A stretch of DNA of 64,000 nt. It comes from Macrostomum lignano. Taxonomy: Eukaryota. The position numbers were made by a program, and so were the translations under genes. The notes under the pieces are model-generated. The model made no database searches. It was not told where the DNA came from and saw only the letters and a list, made by a program, of their open reading frames with translations. The stretch spans positions 334,298-398,297 of the forward strand of contig NIVC01000757.1 of the NCBI GenBank assembly GCA_002269645.1, written 5' to 3'. Positions 30,300-41,900 of this stretch are shown in pieces (position 1 is the first letter of the stretch; every line of letters begins with the position of its first letter).

Positions 30300-30960
30300 T
30301 CAACTCTCATCTCTCTCTTCTTCTCTACCTTGCCTCCCCTCTTCTCTCTCTCCCCCCTTTTCCCTCTTCTCTCTCCTCTCTTCTCCCCCTTTCTCTCTAC
30401 CCTTTCTCCTCAATGCCCTCTTCTCTCCTCTTATCTTCAGCAAAAATATGTGCATATTTTCTTACTTCAAAGTAGAGGGAATAGAAGATTAGAGATAAGC
30501 AAACAGAGGAGAGGCGAGCGATGCGATGGGAGAAAAGATAGAAGAGGAGAGAAAAGCTGAGGGAGGAAAAAGAGATGAGAGAGAAGAGGAGATGAGAGGA
30601 AAGAGGAAAGAAAAGATGATGGATGAGATCAGAAGAGAGGAAAGAGGAAAGAGGAGAGAGTAGATGAGAGAAGAGAGGATAAAAAGGAGATGAGAGGAGA
30701 GTGAAGAGAGGAGAGATGAGAGAGTAGAAAAGAGAGGAGAGATAAGATGAGAGAGTAGAGTGGAGAGAGACGAGAGGGAAGATAAGATGAGAGAGTAGAG
30801 TGGAATGGAGAGAGACGAGAGGAGAGATAAGAATGTAGAGAGGAGACAGAAGAGATAGGAGAGGAGAGGAAAGAGAGGGAGAGAGGAGAGGAAAGAGAGA
30901 AGGGATAAGGGATGAGAGAGAAGAAAAAGAGGATGAGAAGATTGAGGAATGGAGAGAATT
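30300..30960. repeat. Low-complexity polypyrimidine then polypurine tracts
   Basis: CT-rich 30300-30435, GA-rich 30490-30955. Overlapping ORFs are compositional artefacts. Confidence 0.9.
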
Positions 30961-31859
30961 TGCAAAGGCCTCAAATCTTAGTTTAACATGCATTTACTCC
31001 CATCTTTGCCTTTTTCCTAACTGTTAACAAGTTTTTGTTTGAGCATGACTTCAAATTTAGAATCTATGCAAAAATAGTTCCGGGAATTAGAATTCAGTGG
31101 TTTAAAAATCTGTGGGTTTTCACAGCTTGTATCTCTACTGGATTCGTATTCTGCATCTGATGAGCCATCTGAATCAGGGCTCTCATCTTCCATGCCAAAT
31201 CGTCTAGCAAATCGTTCTTGAGCTATAGGTCACACTGTATTCACTTACTTCTGGACATTCATGAATCATGACTTTTGTAGTATGCTCACTACACTGTACT
31301 GACAATTTACTAATTGCTTCATGCCGCCACTAGATGACATACTGATTAGCTGTTATAAAAACGCGGAATCTGCACGCCGCACTAATTAGCTGGCGAGGCA
31401 TTTAGCTTTAAAAATATGGCCATAGTTACTCCTGCCGTTTACCTAAAGTTTTTGCTTGGCTCTTTCATAGGTAAGTCGCATTTTTTATCGAAAACTAAGT
31501 CGCACGGCCAGCGTAATTTCAGAGGTTGCGCATGTATGCATGCAAGCATGTAGATACTGTGTGCAGGAATACTTTCAACTTCATATATGCTCACAGAGTG
31601 CGTAACACACTGATTTTCTAGCATCTATCGGGGAGTTATAGGCATGAATCATGCAATACAGACCCCTTGGCCAGTTTTTAAGTGCAAACCTAAATTATTT
31701 TGGATGCATTAGTGTAAAAATTTGTCCCAAAGAGGCAACAAGATTAGGATTAAGTAATAAAAAATGACTTTTTGTGTCTTATGCTCTATCAATTGTATTT
31801 CAGAATTGTTAATAGCTACAACTGTGAGCAAGACTGATTAAACAAATCATTAGCATTTG

Positions 31860-34800
31860 ATGGAGTGCCCAGTTTGCGGCGCTCTACTGCCACTGGATGA
31901 GCGTTCCAATCTGCACGTTGATGCTCACTTTGCTGGTGGATCGCATTCTGCTGATTCTTACTCCAATCATGAGCTATTAGATGGTGATAACAGTCATGGG
32001 GGAAGCGAAGGAGCCCATGGTACCTCCTCAAGCGATAGCTATGGTCGTCGTGGGTATGCCAGAGGTAAGTCTTGTAAATATGAATTTATTAGTAGTAGTT
32101 CAGTGTCTAGACTGTCTAAATCAAGTGTCTAGATCAGCGGTAGTTCAGTGTCTAGACTGTCTAAATCAAGTGTCTAGATCAGCGGTAGTTCAGTGTCTAG
32201 ACTGTCTAAATCAAGTGTCTAGATCAGCGGTAGTTCAGTGTCTAGACTGTCTAAATCAAGTGTCTAGATCAGCGGTAGTTCAGTGTCTAGACTGTCTAAA
32301 TCAAGTGTCTAGATCAGCGGTAGTTCAGTGTCTAGACTGTCTAAATCAAGTCTCTAGATCAGCGGTAGTTCAGTGTCTAGACTGTCTAAATCAAGTGATC
32401 AGCGGTAATTCAGTGTCTAGACTGGCAGATCAACGGTAGTTCAGTGTCTAGAATGGCAGATCAACGGTAGTTCAGTGTATAGACTGGCAGATCAACGGTA
32501 GTTCAGTGTCTAGAATGGCAGATCAACGGTAGTTCAGTGTCTATAATGGCAGATCAACGGTAGTTCAGTGTCTAGATTGGCAGATCAACGGTAGTTCAGT
32601 ATCTAGAATGGCAGATCAACGGTAGTTCAGTGTATAGACTGGCAGATCAACGGTAGTTCAGTGTCTAGATTGGCAGATCAACGGTAGTTCAGTGTCTAGA
32701 TTGGCAGATCAACGGTAGTTCAGTATCTAGATTGGCAGATCAACGGTAGTTCAGTGTATAGACTGGCAGATCAACGGTAGTTCAGTGTCTAGAATGGCAG
32801 ATCAACGGTAGTTCAGTGTCTAGAATGGCAGATCAACGGTAGTTCAGTGTCTAGATTGGCAGATCAACGGTAGTTCAGTATCTAGAATGGCAGATCAACT
32901 ATGAATATCGCATATTGTTATGCCTTCAGCCGGGTCTGGAGTCGCTGGCCGGGGGATGAGCGGAGGCTGGGATATCGATAGCGGAGCTTCCGGTTCCGGT
33001 TCAGCGGCGGCTGCGGCAGCGGCGGCAATGGCAGCCATGGAAGCATCTGACGCTGCTATGGCCAGAAGATTACAACGCGAAGAGGACGCCCGTTTAGCGG
33101 CCAGAGAAGCGGAACAGTTGCGCGAGATGTACGGCCTGACCGGTGTGTCCAGCGACCAGCAGCTGCAGAGAGCGTTGGACAACGCTGTAGAACGGGGCAG
33201 CATGGGAGTTGCCGATGTCTACGAGATTCAACGATTGAAACGGTCAGCTAATCGGATTGGCTACGACGATGGACTGTCGAGAACGCCGGGCCTGGCGCCA
33301 GCACTGCAGGTAGGTTAGCTTGCTGATACATGTATACTTTATAGTTTTGCTGCGTGTTGTAGATTGTCTATTCTGTCTACTTGTGAGTAGCATTTATAGA
33401 ATGCTTTTTGTATTGTATGATAGCTAGCCTCACCCTGGCCCTTCTACAACTCTTCTCCCATCTTCCCTCTCCCTCCTCCCCTCTCCCTCCTCTCCCCTCT
33501 CCCTCTTCTCTCTCCTCTCCCCTCTCCCGCCTCTCCCCTCTCCCTCCTCTCCCTCCTCTCCCTCTCCCTCCTCTCCCCTCTCCCTCCTCTCCCTTCTCTC
33601 CCCTCCCTCCTCTCCCCTCTCCCTCTTCCCTCTCCCCTCTCCTTCCTCTCCCCTCTCCCTCCTCTCCCTCTTCTCTCTCCTCTCCCCTCTCCCTTCTCTC
33701 CTCCCTCCTCTCCCTTCTCTCCCCTCCCTCCTCGCCCCTCTCCCTCTTCTCTCTCCTCTCCCCTCTCCCTCCTCTCCCCTCTCCCTCTTCTCTCTCCTCT
33801 CCCCTCTCCCTTCTCTCCTCTCTCCTCCCCCTTCTCTCCCCTCTCCCTCCTCGCCCCTCTCCCTCTTCTCTCTTCTCTCCCCTCTCCCTTCTCTCCTCTC
33901 TCCTCCCCCTTCTCTCCCCTCTCCCTCCTCGCCCCTCTCCCTCTTCTCTCTCCTCTCCCCTCTCCCTTCTCTCCTCTCTCCCTCCTCGCCCCTCTCCCTC
34001 TTCTCTCTCCTCTCTCCTCCCCCTTCTCTCCCCTCTCCCTCATCGCCCCTCGCCCCCTTCTCCTTCCCTCTCCCCCTTCTCCTTTCTTCCTCTCCCCTCT
34101 CCCTCCTCGCCCCTCTCCCTCTTCTCTCCCCTCTCCCTCCTCTCCCCTCTCCTTTCCCTCCCCTCTCCTATCTTTGTAGTCTCTCTTGTTTTCCAACCAA
34201 TCAAAGCCTTAATGCTTCTTATTAAAACAGTGCAGAGTCGAAGTGATACGCATCAAAGATATGCATAATAAATATTTAAATTCTATCAAACCTATCGCTC
34301 AGGCTTGGTACTCGAAGCAACGATTCACAGTGTCCGAGGACAGCATCACTAACGTCCTGTGGTGCCGGCCACCAGCCGATCAGTTCAGCTCCCATCTCGA
34401 AGACAGAGGCTGGGGCTGCGGCTATAGAAATCTACAAATGCTACTGAGCTCGATGTGCCGCGAACCGGCCTTCCTACAACTGGTGTTTAACAACGTGCCG
34501 CAGGTGCCTAGCGTTAGAAAACTGCAACAGCTGATTGAGGACGCTTGGTCAGCCGGATTCGATCCGGTTGGCAGGGATCAGCTGGGCAGCCGGCTGGTCA
34601 ATACTAGGAAATGGATTGGCACAACGGAAGTGTTCGCCCTGTTGAGTTTCCTGCGCGTACGCTGTAGGGTGTACGATTTTAGAAGGCCGACTGGCCCGGG
34701 AGGCACGCATTTGGCTCTATTTGAGGCTGTCAAGGTGAGTCATTGTGAAGGCACTGTTCTATATAAAAATTTGTCAGTTTGTTAGGAAACACGTTTATCA

Positions 34801-35614
34801 TTACCGAATTCTAGACTGGAGAAAAGTGGTGAGGAAATTAACTAGTTTACAGAATTGACCATTCTAGCATGTTCTGTGGTTAAACGGACCTCAATATGAC
34901 CTCATGAGATGAGATTCACCTCATTAATTAGTTTTTTTTACAAAACTCTTTGCTTTGCCTATAGGGAGCCGTAGCCAGCGGTCCAGGCTCGATTCCAAGT
35001 GCATTAACATTAATCTGTGAGCTAAATTGGAATCTCGGCTTGGCTCTGCTCGTGCAATTAACGGCCTTAATGCCCAACCCCCCAAAGCACAGTGAAGTGT
35101 ACATGCCTAACGATAAATGCTGTGCCTGTGCCTGTGCGTATGACTGCGTACGTTTCCGTGCGCTTGTGTGCCTGCTCAGGGGAGCCAGCGCAATGGGCAG
35201 TAATACCTCTCGCCGGTTGTGAGTGACAATGTCGCGTCTAATAAAAGTACAATAAACTGCTTGACCGCTAAAACGCTCTTTCAGTCCTACTACCGCGGTC
35301 GCGACACCGAGTGCGCGTTTCCGCTCTACCTGCAGCACGAAGGCCACAGTCGCACAGTAGTCGGCATGGAGATGCGTCGAAATGGCGACAATCGACTGTT
35401 ACTATTTGACCCGGCCTGGCGGCCCGCCACCGTCTCCGGGTGGTGCAGGAAGCCCAGCAACGCCCTGAGCTCGGTTCGCTGCCGTTTAACGGACCTGCGC
35501 CAGCCAGAGTATCAGCTGCTGTGCGTCACCGGCACTCTGGCTGGCGACGAAGATTGGCATCGGGCTAAATCGATGCGCGGAGCGCTAATGCGCGTGCCGC
35601 CTACTGAAAAGTAG
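31860..35614 (+). CDS. ZUP1: Zinc finger-containing ubiquitin peptidase 1 (ZUFSP; peptidase C78 deubiquitinase)
   Basis: Phase-consistent exons 31860-32064, 32930-33309, 34303-34734, 35285-35614. UBZ-like CPVC..HVDAH, MIU DAAMARRLQREE, catalytic GWGCGYRN, PLYLQHEGHSRT, LLLFDP. Confidence 0.93.
32095..32900 (+). repeat. Two adjacent related arrays in ZUP1 intron 1 (45-bp unit to ~32400, then 31-bp unit)
   Basis: 45-bp GTAGTTCAGTGTCTAGACTGTCTAAATCAAGTGTCTAGATCAGCG. 31-bp GTAGTTCAGTGTCTAGAATGGCAGATCAACG. Confidence 0.95.
33440..34190. repeat. ~750-bp almost pure polypyrimidine tract in ZUP1 intron 2
   Basis: C/T-only apart from rare G/A; degenerate CTCTCCCCTCTCCCT repeats. Confidence 0.95.
35095..35260 (+). 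repeat. Dispersed repeat, inverted partner at ~40915-41080
   Basis: TGTACATGCCTAACGATAAA..GTGCCTGCTCAGGGGAG..GGGCAGTAAT.CCTCTCGCCGGTTGTG..GACAATGTCGC is present reverse-complemented in PNISR intron 2. Confidence 0.8.
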
Positions 35615-35703
35615 CGTAGTGTGTATGTCTGTTCTATTCCTTTAAAATTTCCTAAATAATGCAGAATTTCAATTTCTGATAGTACTTTGGTGTTTGTTCC
35701 GCC

Positions 35704-36148
35704 CACAGATACTAAAATGACTAGATACTCAGACCCATACTTAGTCAAGCATTTTCTACTTTCAGTTCAGTAGCAAAGAAGAATACATAGACTATTTTAT
35801 AAAAATAAAGGCAGCTGAAATGATTTTGATAAGTTTAGAAGCCAACTTGCAGGCGTAAACAACTGGCTAATTGGTTCAGCAATAATGTATATTAGCCAGT
35901 CTACTGAAATGTACATGGCGCAGCTTTAGACTGGAATTCCAAAAAGAGCAATAAAAAATGGGGCGTGGCGGAGGTATTGTGGAAAGGCGCGGGTTGGAGG
36001 GTTTGAGCTGGGCGATAAGAGCCAATAAATGAGCCTTGGCCTTAAAATAAAATACATTAAAATGCTTCAGTTTACCTTACTACTGAACTGAAAGTAGCTT
36101 TCACGCAAATGTGCTGAGTGGCCCATCTAGTTTATTCTAGTATCTTTG
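35704..36148. mobile_element. MITE with CACAGATA-type ends and 8-bp TSD (P- or hAT-like), copy 1
   Basis: Ends CACAGATAC...GTATCTTTG. Perfect TSD GTTCCGCC at 35696-35703 and 36149-36156. Internal inverted pair CTACTTTCAGTTCAGTAG. Confidence 0.88.
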
Positions 36149-36995
36149 GTTCCGCCACGAGTTCTAAGGGTTGGTATTCTATTGCTAACTAATGCTAATT
36201 CTAATTAGGTGTGTGCGGGTTCTTTACCAGGGCTATAATAGGATGATAAAAAACCTGTCTCTATATAAATGCCCGTTGTATTATATTGTCGAAATACAAT
36301 AATTTATTTTACGCGACGCGTCGTAGTGGTAGCTCCTTTTAGTTTGTTTTTTCTGTCGCTTTTTTCGCGACCAAAAATTAAATCATATCCAAGAGTCTGT
36401 AAAGTAATTTTGAATTTATCTCTCTGACAAAGTATTTTAAAAATCATATTTTTGTATCGACTTACAGTTCCTATTGTATAGATTGGCTGTATTTTTGTCT
36501 TGTTTTCATTTTATTATCCATAATTTCACAGACATAATTTTAGTTCTAAACAGAAATTATTACTCATAGTTTTTTCTTTATACATAAATTCTTCGATCTT
36601 GCCTCAATTTAAGTACTAACTAGCTTATCTAGCTTAAAATATTATGTTTTTACATACAAAGCAATTGACAAAAAGTTAGCGTGTGTATGTGTGTACAGTG
36701 AAGTTTTTTGCAGTAAACATTGCTTTTTATTTTAATCTTTTTCATGAAGCTTTCTACTGATGCACATACATCCACGCTTCAATGTGTTGCTAGCTAGTAG
36801 TTTGGTTCTGAAAAACGATCATGCCCTGTTAAACATACAAAAGGTTTAGTTAATCAAAGATGAACAATAGATTCATATTCATACTGTGCTGAAGTTGCGA
36901 CAGCTTAAAGACAACAAAATGAAGTGTTTTGAAACATCCAAACATTCTTGAGTTATCCCTTACTGTTTTAGTTTACCTAATGAATTCAGAAGTTC

Positions 36996-37904
36996 GCATA
37001 GGTAATGGGCCAGGGTGTGAGTGCACAAGTTTATCGATTTTCCATATCCAACCCCAAACCCTGAATTTTCTATCTGGCTACAACCTCACTTATTTCACAT
37101 TCTCTCTACACGCGTGGGGCATGGGTAAGGGGCCAGGGTGTGAGTGCACAAGTTTATCGATTTTCCATACCCAACCCCAAACCCTGAATTTTCTATCTGG
37201 CTACAACCTCACTTATTTCACATTCTCTCTACACGCGTGGGGCATGGGTAAGGGGCCAGGGTGTGAGTGCACAAGTTTATCGATTTTCCATACCCAACCC
37301 CAAACCCTGAATTTTCTATCTGGCTACAACCTCACTTATTTCACATTCTCTCTACACGCGTGGGGCATGGGTAAGGGGCCAGGGTGTGAGTGCACAAGTT
37401 TATCGATTTTCCATACCCAACCCCAAACCCTGAATTTTCTATCTGGCTACAACCTCACTTATTTCACATTCTCTCTACACGCGTGGGGCATGGGTAAGGG
37501 GCCAGGGTGTGAGTGCACAAGTTTATCGATTTTCCATACCCAATCCCAAACCCTGAATTTTCTATCTGGCTACAACCTCACTTATTTCACTTTCTCTCTG
37601 CTCGCGTGGGGCATGGGTAATGGGCCAGGGTGTGAGTGCACAAGTTTATCGATTTTCCATACCCAACCCCAAACCCTGAATTTTCTATCTGGCTACAACC
37701 TCACTTATTTCACTTTCTCTCTGCTCGCGTGGGGCATGGGTAATGGGCCAGGGTGTGAGTGCACAAGTTTATCGATTTTCCATACCCAACCCCAAACCCT
37801 GAATTTTCTATCTGGCTACAACCTCACTTATTTCACTTTCTCTCTGCTCGCGTGGGGCATAGGTAATGGGCCAGGGTGTGAGTGCACAAGTTTATCGATT
37901 TTCC
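36996..37904 (+). repeat. 123-bp tandem array, ~7.4 copies
   Basis: Near-identical units (41-codon periodicity in the ORF track). A partial solo copy GGGTGTGAATGCACAAGTTTATCGATTTT lies near 38083. Confidence 0.97.
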
Positions 37905-38999
37905 TTAACGTTTCCCTTAATCATCGCTGCCACCAGTTTATCGCTCCTGGTTAGTGGTTTTCTGTGTGCCTCTTCGCGGTAAAATCTGTGATGGCTTCTT
38001 TGTCGAATTTCTGAATCGACGGTTAACACTCGTCAACTTGGACACTTTATAAGTGCTAGCCTTTCTATATAAGCGATTGCAAGGGTGTGAATGCACAAGT
38101 TTATCGATTTTTTACGACGCCCCAAGCCGTTAATTTTTGTCACCAATGACTCGAGTTTTCCGTGCGGTGGTTTTCTAATTTATTGATTATTTTAGCGCAC
38201 ATTCAACACCATCATCTCCGCTAAGCACGCTTACGAGCTTGCAAATGCGAGAAGCTTATGACTATTACATATTTGTGTTTAAATGGATGGAAGTAAGAAG
38301 TGTGTAATCAACTGTATTTAATTTCAACATTAAAAAGCGCTTATACATCCCAAACGCTTAGCGTTAAACGTTTATGTCATAAATATAATAAACTCTTCAA
38401 ATCGCTATGCACAATTTAATGGAGCACACTTTAATTTAAATCTATGGTTACTTCGTATTTATTGTATTCCGTCTGTCATTGTTGTATTTCATTTTTGTAT
38501 TCATAAAAAGTCTGCTTTATTTTTTTCTCTGTCGCCTCGCCGTTTCTTTGTCTGCATTTCACACAGCATTGTTGAATTCGATGTGTAGAGTGATTTTCTA
38601 TTCGTGTATTTGTTTCTACTCGGCTTAACAACCCCAGCGAGTCTGTTGGAAAGCATTAAAATTGTACTTTTAAAATTTCGCTTTTCTTCTTTTTTTATCG
38701 GAAATGGTTTTTTATTCAAAGACAATAGTATATATAAGTCGCAAAGGTAAAACTTTGCCATGGTTTGGCGTCGTCATAAGCTTGACTTTGAACTTTTTTA
38801 TTTTATTTTTTGGTAGTTGAATGCTGATCGTTTTAGTGACTGACTCACTGACAAGTAAGTCATAAATATGACATTGAATCGAATAATATTATCAAACCTC
38901 TTGACATTTCAGCAAGATCATTAAAATAGTCGGTAACAATACTACAATCGAGACTATTATATATTGAATATTAAACGTATTACTGAACTCTATTGAGGC

Positions 39000-41900
39000 A
39001 TGTGGGCCGCCCAACCAAACGGTGGAGTTGGTGGCGGCGCTGTAGACTGGGCTGAGTTAGCCAGACAGTGGGTTAGCAGCCAGCAGCAGCAACAACAGCA
39101 AGAGCCACCAGCAGCCGGTGCTGATCCGCCACCTCCAGGCATCGAACAATCACAGCATCAACATCAGCCGCCAGCTTATAATCGTGGATTTCCTCCGCCT
39201 CCAACTGCTCCTGTACAGCCTCCTATTCAACAGCATCAGCTGCTTCCGCCGCCTCCTCCGCCACCTCCCCCATCGTCGTGGGATCTGACGCAGCCTCCAC
39301 CGGGGCATCAGCAATGGTTTGCCGGAGGTAGCAGCGGCGGTCGTGGACCAGACTCTTCTACTATGCTTCATCATAGACAGGCGCAGCATCACGGTGGTGG
39401 TCACGAACATCATCTTCAACAGTCTTGGGACAGGACCCCTGTGCCACAGCCGCCGCCTCAGCTGCCGCCTGCTCAGCCGCACCATCACCATCATCATCAT
39501 CGTGATCAGCATCACCAGCATCAGCCTCCGTCAGTGCCCAACTCTTTAATCCCTCCGCCGACTCATCATCACCACCAACAGCAGCTTCAGCAAGAGCTTC
39601 CGCCTCCGGCGCCTCCAGCTCCGCCAGCGAATCGCGATTTACCAGCCTGGCTTCGCGATGGCCTCAAGAAAACTGGTCACATTAAAGCAATGGAACAGTT
39701 GCAAAATCAGCAGCATCAAGGCGCCTCATCGTCAAGCGTTGATCGAAGCGATAGTCAGACTAATGCTCTTGGAGGAAACTACGATGTAGGTTTCAATGCT
39801 CAGAAGCGTAGCTTCCCGCCTCATCCAGACGATTTGGTAAGAATAGCTTTTCTCGCCATTATTAATCAAGATTTGTGTTGATTATTCCTGTCAGTCAGGA
39901 ACAAATTTTCCCTACTTTGTATATGTTCATATAGAAAATTATGAAATGGTGTTTTGATAAGCTTGTCAAAGAAATTTCAGATTCCGCCTTAAAGGTCAGA
40001 TTTTTTATTACACTGTACACAACACGATTTATCCTGGATCAAAACCAGAGACTATATGATGTGCCCTAAAGTCCAGCACTTAAGATCGTCTTCATAGACA
40101 TCATATAGACAAAATGCGCAGTCGATTAGGTCTTATAAACATAAAGCAGCATCACAGAACGCACACTGAATACTCGGCGCCGGGGTCAGAGCCTGTTGTA
40201 GCCAGTCGACGAAACCCCGAGCTTTTCGTTTTAAAAGACGCAGGTTAATAAACAGTCAGTTAGCTCAGGCCATTGAATCAATAAAAAATCAACTGTTTCC
40301 AATGCACAAAACAGATTGAAGAAGAAGGCGACGGTGACAATGACGAAGAGGACAAACGCGGCAATTACAATAGCAAGGAGTCGCTTTCAAAGCCAAGAAC
40401 TTTGCGAGCTAGTCCGACTGACTACTATAGAAAGCATAGTAGAAGCCGCAGTCCAGAAGAAGTAAACCGTAATCGCGACAGTGGTAGCGATGACGAATCA
40501 AATTCAAATTTGAAGCGCAGTCCCATCGAAGCGGAAACAAAGACTGTGCTGACTAACACCGGAGAATTGCAGTTGAAAGTGACGCCATTGTTGCGAGCTA
40601 ACGCTGCCGCTAGGCCGCCTTCGCCAAAGCTTACTAAGGAGCAGCTGGACGAAATATTGGTACGCCAATTGGGCTAGCATTGTCTATTTTTATTTCCAAA
40701 AATCTAAACTGCCAAGCTTCCAGATTTAATCTAAGGATATTTCCTATTAACAATATGCTTTAAACCTTTTTGACAAAAGTCACAAAAAGTTGATTAGTAA
40801 GAATGAGGCACCTGCATTGTATACCCATCTTGTGATGTTAACTGGATCGCCCTTAAACGTACGTGGCGTGGCTCTTATAGAGGCAGTGTATTGTGTGCAC
40901 CCTGGTGCACTTAAAGCGACATTGTCACACAACCGGCGAGAGGCATTACTGCCCATTCCGCCGACTCCCCTGAGCAGGCACACAAGCGCGCGGAATTGTA
41001 CGCTGTCATACGCACAGGCATACACTCACACAGGAGTGTTACAGCGACCCTAACTTTATTTATCGTTAGGCATGTACAATATTGGAGGTTGATCCAAGCC
41101 GAGATTCCACTTTAGTCCAAATTAATGTGACTGCACTAGTAATCAAGCTTGAACCGCTGCTACATAAGACCACAGGGCTACTGCCCCCCTTCCTGGCATC
41201 GTTACCCAAAGCTGGATAAGATTTCCTAAAGCTGGGGGGATACCCAAAGCTGGATGGGGTTTTCCAAAGCTGAATGTGGTTACCCAAAGCTGGATGGGAT
41301 TTCCCAAAGCTAGCTGGGGTTACCCGAAACTGGTTGGATTTCCCAAAGCTAGACGGAGTTTCCCAAAGCTAGATGGGGGTTTCCAAAGCTGGTTGGGGTT
41401 TCCCAAAGCTAGATGGGGTTTCCCAAAGCTGGTTGGGGTTTCCCTAAGCTGGTTGGGGTTTCCCAAAGCTAGACGGAGTTTCCCAAAGCTAGATGGGGTT
41501 TCTCAAAGCTGGTTGGGGTTTCCCAAAGCTAGACGGAGTTTCCCAAAGCTAGATGGGGTTTCTCAGAGCTGGTTGGGGTTTCCCAAAGCTGTTTGGGGTT
41601 TCCCAAAGCTGGTTGGGGTTTCCCAAAGCTGTTTGGGGTTTCCCAAAGCTGGTTGGGGTTTCCCAAAGCTGGTTGGGGTTTCCCAAAGCTGGTTGGGGTT
41701 TCCCAAAGCTGGTTGGGGTTTCCCAAAGCTGGTTGGGGTTTCCCAAAGCTGGATGGGGTTTCCCAAAGCTACTGACTTGGTTGCATAAAGAATAAATTTT
41801 ATGGATTTGCTGTTTTTTTTTAATTTAACTGTCCGAACAAGTCTGATGTATGCGTCGCCGTCTTGTCTCCAATTAGTTCAGTTAATTAATTTATTAAAAA

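Noticed and set aside
36929-37954. 341-aa ORF, and similar long ORFs at 30397-30993, 33408-34268, 41276-41788, 48411-49400, 57386-58410, 59580-60903, 62859-63538
   Set aside because: All are translations of tandem or low-complexity DNA lacking stops, mostly inside introns of identified genes; no domain signal.
40052-40108. 11-bp inverted repeat CTATATGATGT/ACATCATATAG in PNISR intron 1
   Set aside because: Short and isolated, with no TSD or second copy; insufficient to call an element.
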